This document shows positions 23,430 to 35,150 of a DNA stretch of 64,000 nt, piece by piece. The position numbers and the translations under genes were made by a program. This DNA is from Mobula hypostoma (taxonomy: Eukaryota). Location: the NCBI RefSeq assembly GCF_963921235.1, contig NC_086097.1:15872001-15936000 (forward strand), read 5' to 3'. Every line of letters begins with the position of its first letter. Position 1 is the stretch's first letter. Below the pieces are notes generated by a model. It made no database searches, had not been told where the DNA came from, and worked only from the letters and a program-made list of their open reading frames with translations.

Positions 23430-26010
23430 CCTCCACAGCTGCTTGTGGCAAAGAGTTCCACAGATTCACCACCCTCTCTGCATTCTAAAAGGAAGTCCCT
23501 CTATTCTGAATTCCACAGATTCACCACTCTCTGGCTAAAGAAATTTGTCCTCCTCTCCATTCTAAATGGGTACCCTTCTATTCTAAGGCTGTGTCCTCTG
23601 GTCTTAGCCTCTCCCACCATAGGAAACATCCTCTCCACATCCACCCTATCACCATTTGATAGGTTTCAATTCCAGTGAATACAGACCCAGAGCCATCAAA
23701 TGTTTTTCATGTGACAAGCAATTCAAACCTGCAGTCATTTTTGTGAACCTCCTTTGAATCCTTTCCAGTTTCAGCACATCTTTTCAAAGATAAGGGGCCT
23801 AAAATTTCTCACAATACTCCAGGCGAGGCCTTACCAGTGCTTTATGAAGTCTCAGCAGTACATCTTTGGTTTTATATTGTAGTCTTCTTGAAATGTATGC
23901 TAACATTGTATTTGCTCTCCTCACCACAGATTCAACCTGCAAATTAACCTTTAGGGAACCCTGCACAAGGACTTCCAAGTGCCTTTATGCCTCAGTTTTT
24001 TGTATTTTCTCTCCATTTAGCCAATAGTCAACCTTTTTGTTTCTTCTACTGAAGTGCATGACCACACACTTCCTGACACACTATTCCATCTGCCATTTCT
24101 TGGCCCATTCTCCTAAGCTATCTGAGTCTGTCTGTAGCCTCTAATTCCTTAAAATGACCTGCCCCTACACCGATCTTCATATCATCTGGAGACCTTGCAA
24201 AAAAAGCTACCAATTCCATCATTCAAATCATTGATATATAATGTAAAAAGGATCGGTCCCAACCCAGACCCCTGTGGGACAACACTAGTCACCGGCAGCC
24301 AGCCACCCTTTATTCCCACTCTCTGCCTCCTGCCTATCAACCAACAACTTTATCCATGCTAGAAACTTTCCTGTAATACCACGGGCTCATAGCTTGTTCA
24401 GCACCCTCATGTGTGGCACCTTGTCAAAGGCCTTCTGAAAATCCCAGTACATAACATCAACCAATTCTCCTTTGTCCATCTTGCTTTTTACTTCTTCAAA
24501 GAATTCCAACAGATTTGTTGGGCCAATTTTTCCCTTGAGGGAACCATGCTGACTACAGCCTATTTTATCATGTGCCTCCAAGTAGCCTGAGGCCTCATCC
24601 TTAATATCTTCCCACCCAGACTAACTGGCTGATAGATTCCTTTCTTCCGCCTCAGGAATATAATGTGTCTCCTTGGACATTAAGCTCCCAGCTATAATCT
24701 TGCAGCTGTGATTCACTGATGCCTACATCATACCTGCCAGTCTGCAACTCTGTTGCAAGTTCATCTACCTTATTCAGTGTACTGCATGAATTCGGATACA
24801 ATACCTGCTGTCCTGTATTCACCCTTTTCGATTTTGTCACACCATGCTCAACCTTTTGATTCTTAACGTTGTCTGAGGTCTTACCAACAGCTGCCTCCAC
24901 AACCTCTCCACTAACATTTCTGGCACTCTGGTTCCCATCCCCCTACAACTCCACCGTACAGCATTGAGGTATTAGTCCCTCTCCAGTTCAGGTGCAAACC
25001 GTCCCCTTTTGTACAGGTACCATCTTCCCTGGAAGTTAGCCCAATGTGACTTTCCACTGTTAGGTCATCCTCCCCAAAAGTATCCAAAGTTATATACCTG
25101 TTGTTGAGGGGATAGCCACAGGGGTACTCTGCACTGGCTCCTTAACTCCTTTCCCCTTCCTAACTGTCATCCAATTTCCTGTGTCCTGCACTTTGGGTGT
25201 AACTACCCCTCTATATGTCCTATCTGTCACCCCCTCAGCCTCCCGAATGATCCATAGCTCATTCAGTTCCAACTCCTTAATGCAGTTTGTTAGAAGCTGC
25301 AGCTGGATGCACTTCTGGCAGTTACAGTCGTCAGGGACGCTGGAGGTTTCCCTTCCTTTCCACATCCTGCAAGAGGAGTATTGTACTATCCTCAAACAAC
25401 AGGAATTCTGCAGATACTGGAAATTCAAGCAACATACATCAAAGTTGCTGGTGAACGCAGCAGGCCAGGTAGCATCTATAGGAAGAGGCGCAGTCGACGT
25501 TTCAGGCCGAGACCCTTCGTCCTGACGAAGGGTCTCGGCCTGAAACGTCGACTGCGCCTCTTCCTATAGATGCTGCCTGGCCTGCTGCGTTCACCAGCAA
25601 CTTTGATGTATGTTGGTTGTATTGTACTATCCTGCCTGTCATCTTTACCTAGCAGAGCAGATATAAAGAAGAGAAGGAAAAAAACTTGAACATTTCTTTC
25701 TCTGAGTGAAGCCTCAAAGAGCTAAAGCCTTAAAATCACCATTCTGACTATGTCCACTCAGGTGACAGCTTCTAGTCAAAGCTCTATTACACTGCCGTGA
25801 ACCACTCCTGCCTTTTATCCCTGGGCGGTGGACCTGATCGAAGTGCCTTCCTTTCCAAACTTCCGATGTCCAGATTGGCCACTGGTCAAAGCTCTGTTAT
25901 GTTGCCGCAAACTACTCCTGTCTTTTATCCTCGGTGGTGGACGTGATTGAAGTCTTCTCCTCTCCAAACGTCCAATGTCTAGATTAGCCACTGGTCAAAG
26001 CTCTATTACT
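23430..26010 (-). mobile_element. CR1-clade LINE retaining 5'UTR, ORF1 N-terminus, endonuclease start and RT, with large internal deletions
   Basis: ORF 25090-25428 'SSCRMW...VPDDCNCQKCIQLQLL...ELE' (CR1 ORF1 Cys-rich/coiled coil). 24652-24900 endonuclease start. 24387-24581 RT. Confidence 0.88.
25393..25618. mobile_element. Palindromic Penelope pLTR mini-insertion (plus-strand hammerhead core 25519-25552)
   Basis: TSD GTATTGTACTATCCT at 25378-25392 and 25619-25633. Near-perfect inverted arms. Confidence 0.9.
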
Positions 26011-26137
26011 GGGAATGGGTGTCAAATACATCTGATTCTACGGGAGATATAGCACAGAAACAGGTCCTACAACCCAATTTATCCACACCAGCCAAGCTGG
26101 CTACCTAAGCTAGTCCCATTTAACTGCATTTGTCCCT

Positions 26138-26603
26138 TATGATTCCAGGAATGAAAGGGTTATCATACGAGGAACGTTTGATGGCACTGGGTCTGTACCC
26201 ACTGGAATTCAGAAGGATGAGGGGGGACCTCATTGAAACCTTTCAAATGTTGAAAGGTCTAGACAGAGTAGATGTGGAAAGGATGTTTCCCATGGTGGGA
26301 GAGTCTAGGACAAGAGGGCACAGCCACAGGATAGAGGGGAGCCCTTTCAAAACAGGGATGTGGTGAAATTTTTTTTGCCAAAGGTTGGTGGAATCTGTTG
26401 CCACATGCAGCTGTGGAGGCCAGGTCGTTGGGTGTTTTTAAGGCAGAGATTGATAGGTTCTTGATTGGACATGGCATCAAAGGTTACGGGGAGAAGGCTA
26501 GACACTGGCCGGGTTGAGGAGATGGGTAAAAAGGATCAGCCATGATTGAATGGCGGAGCAGACTCAATGGGCCAGATGGCCTAATTCTGCTCCTATGTCT
26601 TAT
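26138..26603 (+). mobile_element. CR1 3' end inserted in an older antisense CR1 fragment
   Basis: ORF 26130-26366 'GMKGLSYEERLMALGLYPLEFRRMRGDLIETF'. Confidence 0.88.
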
Positions 26604-27032
26604 ATCCCTCTAAATCGTTCCTATCCATGTATCAGTCCAACTATCTTTTAAAATTGTAACAGCTCTTCCACATGCTCTGGCAGTTCATTCCACATATCTA
26701 TCACCCGCTGTGTTGGGGAAACTTGCTCCTCATGTCCTCGTTACGGTTTCCCCTCTCACCTTAAAACATCAGCTTTAGACTCTCCTACCCTGGGGTGGGG
26801 GGAGAAAGACTATTCATCATATCTGTGGTTTAATGAACCTCCCTTTCTGGTCACCCCTCAGCCTTCTATGCTCTAAGGCAAGATTTCCAATCTGGGGTGC
26901 ACAGACCCTCCCCTCCCCGGTTAATGGTAGAGATCCGTGACATAAAAAAGATTGGAACCCCCCCTCCCCTCACCGCTCTAAGGGTAACAGTCCCAGCCTT
27001 TGTAGTCTCTTCCTTAAGACCTGTAGTGCTGC

Positions 27033-27441
27033 TATAGGGTTTCATAAATAAAACGCAGAGGTGTTTTAATTTTAAGGGAAACTGTAACAACTAACTTTAT
27101 TGTAAACCAAATGCAGAACATAAAGCCTGGTAGAAAACTTCACATAATTATGAAGCAAACAACAGGAATTCTGCAGATGCTGGAAATTCAAGCAACACAC
27201 ATCAAAGTTGCTGGTGAACGCAGCAGGCCAAGCAGCATCTATAGGAAGAGGCGCAGTCGGCCTGAAACGTCGACTGCGCCTCTTCCTATAGATGCTGCTT
27301 GGCCTGCTGCGTTCACCAGCAACTTTGATGTGTGTTACATAATTATGTCATCATGTCAGACTAGCCTCTTAAAGTGAACCTCAGCTTAATGTCAGTGGCT
27401 GTGAATTAGGCATATATTTCAACCCCTTGCATTACCTTACA
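27033..27441 (-). mobile_element. Short solo LTR-like element interrupted by a PLE hairpin (27153-27336)
   Basis: Aligns end to end with the reverse complement of 27545-27754. PLE TSD ACATAATTATG at 27142-27152 and 27337-27347. Confidence 0.75.
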
Positions 27442-27544
27442 CAGGTAACATCATTATGAACATTTTCTGCACCCTTTCCAACATAATGATACCCTTCCCA
27501 TAGCTGAGTGACCAGAACTACACGCAATACTCCAAATGTGGTCT

Positions 27545-27754
27545 TGTAGGGTAATGTAATAGGTGAAAATATGCATAATTGACAACCACTGACATTGAGT
27601 TGGAATTCACTTTAAGAGGCTGGTCTGATGTGATGTCATAATTACATTTTTTTTAAGTGCACTTTATGGTTTATGTTTAGAGAACAATAAAGGAGTTGTT
27701 ACGGTTTCCCTTAAACTTAAAACAGCTCTGCCATTTTATTTACGAAAACCTACA
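27545..27754 (+). mobile_element. 210 bp solo LTR-like element
   Basis: Termini TGTAGG...CCTACA, 4 bp TSD GTCT (27541-27544, 27755-27758), internal AATAAA near 27686. Interrupts a CR1 fragment that resumes in register. Confidence 0.8.
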
Positions 27755-27992
27755 GTCTCGCCAACTTATACAACTGTATCATGACATCCCACCTAATACA
27801 GCATCTTGTGAATGGATCCACTTGAGTTTCTCAACTAACTTTTTCTACACTAATAAGCATGCACTCCTGTAAAAATGATAACATACAACAGAGTGCAAAA
27901 GTATTCCTCTTGCGGGTTACATTAAAGGGAATATATACTGTGCATATTTTTTGTCAGTATACTTAGCAAATTGTTTCTTCACTCTTTAACAG

Positions 27993-28109
27993 ATTAGGGA
28001 TTTGTATCTGTACAGCAAACCCACAGAAAAAGTGAATGTGTATCTTAAAGGGACAATAACAATCCCAAAGCCAGTGCAGTTCAGGTCATCTGTGAAAGAA
28101 GCTGGCACA
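27993..28109 (+). CDS. TC2N: TC2N coding exon, C2A
   Basis: ctctttaacag| ... |gtaagt. 39 codons IRDLYLYSKPTEKVNVYLKGTITIPKPVQFRSSVKEAGT. Confidence 0.95.
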
Positions 28110-28399
28110 GTAAGTATTCTTTAACTAATTCCTAACTAATTATGAGTGCTGCAATAGGACTATGGAACTATTAACTGTATATTTATTACAATAAGCCACC
28201 ATGGATTATCAACTGGTAATATATTGACCCTGATGGAATCAATTGAACAGTGGTTGTGGGTGGATGGAGAATGGGGTCGGCGGGGCGGGGCGGGGGGGGG
28301 GGCTCTAACCCATGGATTTTCTAAAAGAAAGCCTGTACTGTACTGATGTGCCGATGCTGTGGTTTTGCAGAGAGTTGGGAGTTCTTGTGTCAAGTTACT

Positions 28400-28740
28400 A
28401 GTCATGTCCCACAATCTCTTTGACCCACTACCATCAGGAAGGAGGTACAGGAGTGTTAGCACTAGGATTGCTAGACTGGGTAACAGCTTCTTCCCCCAGG
28501 CTGTGAGACCAATGAATACTCTGCCACCAGCGGGGTCTCGTCACTGAGACAGCGAGCTGTTTACTGTATAGTTTATCTGTGCTTCACACTATATGCATTT
28601 TGAATTGTACTTTATTAACTTCTTATGATAATATTTTGTTTTATGTACTGTGTGTGATATGTTTTCTGAGTCCAGAGTAACATAGTTTTCTTTGGTTTTA
28701 TGTATGTGTAGTCAATTCACAATAAACGTGAACTTGAACA
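28400..28740 (+). mobile_element. Rex1/Babar-like LINE 3' fragment; others at about 7220-7580(-), 8040-8620, 9850-10230(-), 30030-30320, 33345-33865(-)
   Basis: 'SHNLFDPLPSGRRYRSV.TR..RL.NSFFPQAVR'. Tail aataaac(ttgaac)n. Confidence 0.8.
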
Positions 28741-30327
28741 ACCATTCCTTAACCCCAGGTAATTAAAGCATCTGCCACCTTTTGTGAAGTGACATCTGCA
28801 TTCATAGTCCCAGCCCTGTTCATCTAGGTAATTTTCAATCATTGTTAGCAAAGTCTGGAATTTGAGATGCCTTCCATGAGGAAATTTTAGACTCTTGCAA
28901 TCGCAGGAAGTTGACTACACCTGTGAACCTGTCAGTTACAAGGAAGGAGAGTGGGAACAGGGGAAATCCAACCAGGCCAGGGATCTGTTAAATAGGCCAG
29001 GTAAACCAGAAATAGCGAGGCCCCTGGTGGACAGACCCCAGTAACCAGGATAGTGGAGGTTTTGAGGCATCCGAGTTGTGTAGATGTCACAATCAGAGAA
29101 AGCATAGATCGATCATGTTCGATACTAAGGCAGTGGAGGATTGGGGTTAGGATAGCAAATGTGATGAGGTGAAAGATCAACCATGTTCTTATGGAATGAT
29201 AGAGTAGGTACATATGGCCTGCTCCTGCTTTTATTATGAGAGACTGGTACGAGAATTTGGGGGAAAAGACCAGGCAAAAGGAAACAGTGGAAGAAAAGAG
29301 CTTTGGGAATAGAGGAAGAAGATAATTACAGCAGGAAAATGAAGAGATGGGGACATAGCAGTTGGATTGTGCGGGGAATATTCTGGCTTCTACTTCCTTC
29401 CTTTCCAACCCCGACTTGGCCCATAATGTCAACTGTTTATTCCCCTCCATAGATCCTGCCTGATTTGCTGAGTTTCTGCAGCATTCTGTGCGTTGATAAT
29501 CGGAGAAAATCTGCAGATGCTGGAAATCAAAGTAATACACTCCAAATGCTGGAGGAACTCAACAGGTCAGGCAGCATCTATGGAGGGGGAAAAAACAGTT
29601 ATCAGGACTTAATAAGAAGAAAAAATGACCAAGGAAGCTGAGGTAAATTTAGCATTTTAGCTAGAGGTGTGGAAGGCAAGAGACTACTAATGCCAATAAG
29701 GTAGGCTGGGGGAAGTTGTTTCTATTCTTACTCATGAATAAGGGCATTTGTTGACCATACTTCAGTGACTGGGCATTGAGTGGCTTGCCAGTCTAAATCA
29801 GAGCATCTCTAAATCAACAACAACCCTGTGGGACTGAAATCCTATGGGCTGGACTTGCAATGACTCTACCTTCATCGGGGAGCCTTGGAGAGTTGGATGG
29901 ATTTTAACAACAGTTTCATGTTTACCATTTCAATAGCAAGTTTTTAAATTCAACGAGTGTATATTTAATTACTTGAATACCAATGTGGTATTTTACCATT
30001 TTACCATTATAGTACTGTACTGTGTCTATCAAGCCATAATATCAGCTGGTTGCATCACTGTCTGTTATGGAGGGGTCACTGCACAGGATCAGAAAAAGCT
30101 CTAGGGGGTTGTAAACTCAGCCAGCTCCTCTAACCTCCCTACCATCTAAAGGCAATGCCTCGAGAATCCCTAAGGACCCCCACCAATCAAGACATGCCCT
30201 TTTCTCATTGCTACCATCAGAGGAGGTGCAGGAGACTGAAGGCACACACTCACTGCTTCAGCTTCTTCCCTTCTGCCATAGATTTTTGAATGGACAATGA
30301 ACTATATGTGCTCTTTTTGCACTATAT

Positions 30328-30737
30328 ATATAGGACTGTGCAAAAGTCTGAGACGTAAAAAAATTTTGTAAAGTGAAAATGCTTTCAAAAATAATAAAAT
30401 AGAAAGTTTCTAAGTATCAAAATACTATTAAGAGCAGTAAACAGTAAAAAACTAAATCAAAGCAATATTTGGTGTGACCAACCTTTGCCTTTAAAAGTGA
30501 ATTAATTCTCTCAGGTTCATTGTCATACAGTTTTATAAGAAAATTGGCAGGTAGGTTGTTCTAAACATCTTGGAGAACTTGTCACAGTTCTTCTGCAGAC
30601 TTTGGCTGTCTCGCTTGCTTCTCTCTCTCCAGGTAATCCCAGACAGCTAGATGATGTTGAGATCAGGACTGTGTGGAGGACGTACCTGAAACCATCTTAA
30701 AAATTCAGGGTGCCTAAGACTTTTGCAAAATACTGTA
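30328..30737. mobile_element. Non-autonomous Tc1-like element; sister copy at 47707-48189 carries a PLE fragment at about 47935-48023
   Basis: TIRs ..actgtgcaaaagtc / gacttttgcaaaatactg-ta. The two copies align internally. Confidence 0.75.
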
Positions 30738-31052
30738 TTTGTCAACATGGCGTGCCATGGGAGGGGTGCGGGACAGGTGGCAGAGGAGTGTCAGGGGTGG
30801 AGATTGGCATGGGAGCAGACACACCCAGCCCTGAGACACCAAACATGGTCATTTGATTGCAAACAATTGATTTGTTGATCATTACAGAATGTGTGTGTGT
30901 CTCTCTCTCTCACTTCCCGCTCCTTCCCCTTTTCCCAACCATGATTCCCCTCTCCCTGCCCCTTCCCACTCTCAGTTCACAATAGAAACCCATAACAAAA
31001 TCAGGTTTATCATCACTCACATATGTCATGATTTTTGTTTGTGGCAAAGTTG

Positions 31053-31069
31053 TATGTATGTGTGTATAG

Positions 31070-31106
<37 letters not shown>

Positions 31107-31124
31107 ACACACGTATATACACAC
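31053..31124. repeat. (TG)/(CA)n microsatellite
   Basis: Run of ac dinucleotides at about 31072-31112, 150 nt upstream of a TC2N exon. Confidence 0.9.
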
Positions 31125-31242
31125 AATGCTGCCACAAAACAACAAATTTCATGACATATGTCAGTGATAAATCTGATTGTGCTTCTGACAAGGTTACCAA
31201 GCACACAGTACACAATTCCATAGTGCATTGGATAGAGATTAA

Positions 31243-31500
<258 letters not shown>

Positions 31501-32890
31501 TGAACTGGACTGGTTCCACCATGATGTGTGGTCCACATTGGCATTAAAAAGAGTAAATGCTGGAAACATTCAGCAGAGCAATCAATGACTATGGAAGGAG
31601 AAACATTTAACATTTGGGGTCTAGGACTCTGCTTTAGAACTGAGGAAGAAAATCAAGTTGAGTCCAGTTGGTTTATAGGGGTGATGGGTGAAAAGCAGAA
31701 CATTTTTTCAGTCCACCTGATTTTCTGCTGCCTGCTGTATTAAACCCCCATCTCACTCTCACTCTGACCTATCGGTCTTGGGCCTTCTGCACTATCACAA
31801 TGAGGCCCAGTGCAAGCTGAGGAAACAATGGTTTATCTTATGTCTGGGTATTTTGCAGCCGTCAATCCTCCATAGTACATTATCCTACTTTGGATAACTC
31901 TCTGTTTCAGAATATTTTTTACTTGCTACTCCTTTATCCCCCTCTTTATTTTTATAGTTGGTTATGTTCCTGTAATCCACATTATACATTATAGAGACTT
32001 TACAACATTAGCACCACAATGACACTGGCCATCTGCCCCTCAAGCCTGGTCTGCCATTCATTAGGATCATGGCTGATCCAATTTTGATCTCAGCATCACT
32101 TTGCCCCTCTCTCTTCCCTTGTAGTTCAAATACCTGTTAACCTCCACCATGGGCAAATTCAGTGACTCTGCCTTCGCAGGGAGAGAATTCCAAAGATATG
32201 TGACTCTGAGGCAAGAATTTCCTCCTCATAGAACATAGAATATACAACATTACAGCACAGAAATAGGCCCTTCAGCCCACAACGTCATGCCAGATCAATT
32301 GGTAATCAAGTGGCCAACTGAATTAATCCCTTCTGCTTACACAATATCCATCCATTTTCCCTCACATTCATGTGCCTATCTAAACATCCCTTAAAAGTTA
32401 CTAATTTATTGCCCCTACCACCACTCCAAGCAGCTCATCCAGGCACCCACCACTCTTTTGTGTTTAAAATGAAATGCCCCTCACGTCTCCTTTGTAATTA
32501 CCCTCTCACCTTAAATGCATGCCCTCTGATATTAGACTTTTCAATCCTGGGAAAAGGATACTGCCATCTTGTGTTAAATGGGTAACTCCTTATTTTGAAA
32601 TTATTGACCCTAGTTCCAGATACCCCTTTTAAGATTGTCCTTAAAAATGTATCCACTTTGGTGATAAATTATGTGATGTCCCCTCTAACTCTTGAGAGCA
32701 CCAGGCCTGTGCCTACACTCTGAGCATCTTAACTCCCTTGCCCAAATCATGAGAATGCTGGTGAAAATTAAGCCATAGACAATCAAAGTCAAGAAAGAGA
32801 ACAAAAAAATAGGGACTGGACAAAACCAATGAGAGCCTTCCATTTGTATGGTGCTTTGGAAAACCTCCGATCCTCTCAGTACTTTACAGG

Positions 32891-33247
32891 CAATGAACTA
32901 GATTTGAGGTCTAGTCACTGTTATAACACAGGGTGGGTGACAATGAACTAGATTTGAGGTCTAGTCGCTGTTACAACACAGGGTGGGTGACAATGAACTA
33001 GTTTTGAGGTCTAGTCACTGTTATAGCACAGGGTGGGTGACAATGAACTAGTTTTGAGGTCTAGTCACTGTTATAGCACAGGGTGGGTGACAATGAACTA
33101 GTTTTGAGGTCTAGTCACTGTTATAGCACAGGGTGGGTGACAATGAACTAGTTTTGAGGTCCAGTCACTGTTATAGCACAGGGGAGGTGACAATGAACTA
33201 GTTTTGAGGTCCAGTCACTGTTACAACACAGGGTGGGTGACAATGAA
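32891..33247. repeat. 50 bp minisatellite, 7 full units plus a partial unit
   Basis: Unit CAATGAACTAG(A/T)TTTGAGGTCTAGTCACTGTTA(T/C)A(A/G)CACAGGGTGGGTGA starting at 32891, 32941, ... 33191, 33241. Confidence 0.97.
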
Positions 33248-34574
33248 TCAATGCAAAGCAAGATCACATAATCTGCAATCTGATAATTCTGGTGAGTGCA
33301 TCGGTCTGAACTCTCCTGTTGGTCAGTTGAGTGCCTTATGTAATTTCAAGGTTTAAATTAAATTTATTATCAAGGTACATATATGTCATCATATACAGCA
33401 TGAGATTTATTTTCTTGCGGGCAAACTCAATAAATAGAATAATAACCATAACAGAATCAATGAAAGACTGCACCAACTGGGCATTCAAACCAGTAGGCAA
33501 AATGTGAAAATACAAAAAGAAAGAAATAATGATAACAATAAATAAATAAACAATAAATATCGAGAACGTGTGATGAAGAGTCCTTGAAAGTGAGTCCATA
33601 ACATATGGGAACATTTCAGTGACGGGGAAAATGAAATAGTGAGGTTATCCCCTTTGGTTCAAAAGCCTGATGTTTGAGGGGTAATAACTGTTCCTGAACC
33701 TCGTAGCGTGAGTCCTGAACCTCCTCTACCTTCTTCCTGATGACAGCAGTGAGCAGAGAGCATGTCCTGGGTGGTGTGGGACCCTGATGATGGATGCTGC
33801 TTTCCTGCAACAACACCCCATGTAGATCTGCTCAGTGGTGGTGAGGGCTTTTACCCGTGATGGATCTACAGAAGGGAAGGCAGGGCTTCAATCCCATCTC
33901 ATGGTTATAATAACACAGCATTGAAACAAGGCTCTTCGGCTCAAATGGGCTATGCTGACCAAGCTGTCTGCTGGTCACATTTGCCTGTGTTTGGTCTGTG
34001 TCCCTCTAAACCGCGGGTTCCCAGCCTTTTTTTTATGTCATGGACTCCTACCATTAACCGAGGGACCCCAGGTTGGGAACTCATGGCCTAAACCTTTCCC
34101 ATCCATATAACCATGCAAATATTTTTGTTAATGTTGTGATTGGACCTGTGTCTATCACTTTTTCTGGCAGCTCATCACATAACAAAAATACAAGAGATTC
34201 TGCAGATACAAGAAATGAAAAGCAACGGACACAACATGCTGGAGGAACTCAACAGGTCAGGCAGCTGCAGCAGCAGTCATTGTTTTGGGCCGAAACGCTT
34301 CGTCACAACTTGGTGAAGGGTCTTGGCTCAAACTATTGACTACTTAGTCCTTTCCCACAGATGCTACCTGAGCTGCTGGGTTCCACCAGCATTTTGTGTG
34401 TAGCTCATTGCATATACCCACCTACCTCTGTGTGGCAATCCTACCCCTTTAAATCTTTCTGCTCTCAACTTCAACCTACACCATCTAGTTTAAGACTTCT
34501 TTATTCTGGGTGAAAGACTGTGACCGTCCACATTATCTATGCTCTGTATGATTTTTTAAAACTCTCCTTCAGAA

Positions 34575-35150
34575 CTTTAGAAAGTTTTTGACAAGAACAG
34601 GCCATTTGGTTCAGAAAAGCTTGCCAAATTCCTATCCCACATCTGGATTTTGTTTAGATCTAACTGTACTGATTCTGTTGCCAGAATGTTATCAGCCCTT
34701 CCCCCTAATTTTGTGTTATTGGCAAACTTTACTAGTTTATTTGTTATGTGCTTATCCAAGTCATTAATGTAAATTAAAAACAGCAGTGGCCCCAAAACTG
34801 ATCCCTGCGGAATCCCACTTTTAACATCCTCTAGATGGGAAAATGATCCTCTCACCATAACTCGTCATTTTCTGTTTTTGAGCCAATTCTGCACCATTCA
34901 CACATCTTATCCTGAATCCCTACTTCCTATAATTTGATTATTAACCTCTTGTGGGGTACAAAAGCCTTCTGAAAGTGTAAGTAAATGATAGCAACCGTTC
35001 TATTGTTATCATAAATTTTACTTTCCTCTTTATAGAACTTCAGCATACCAGTAAAACACAATTTCCTCTTTCTGAACCCATGCTGACTTTCTGCAAATAT
35101 GCCTGTTCTTATCAGCTTTTCCATCTCATTCTTCATTATTGTTTCCACTA
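34575..35150 (-). mobile_element. CR1-clade RT fragment of a different, AT-rich family
   Basis: 'SQHGFRKRK.CFT.ML.F', '[22 protein letters not shown]...KFANNTKLGG'. Confidence 0.85.

Noticed and set aside
28932..29540. 202 aa ORF and the many other 60-190 aa ORFs in the track
   Set aside because: They cross repeat boundaries or read repeats antisense, and have no recognisable domains or splice-consistent exons.
32891..33247. Possible CRISPR-like array
   Set aside because: Units are contiguous with no unique spacers, the context is a eukaryotic intron and there are no cas genes. It is a minisatellite.
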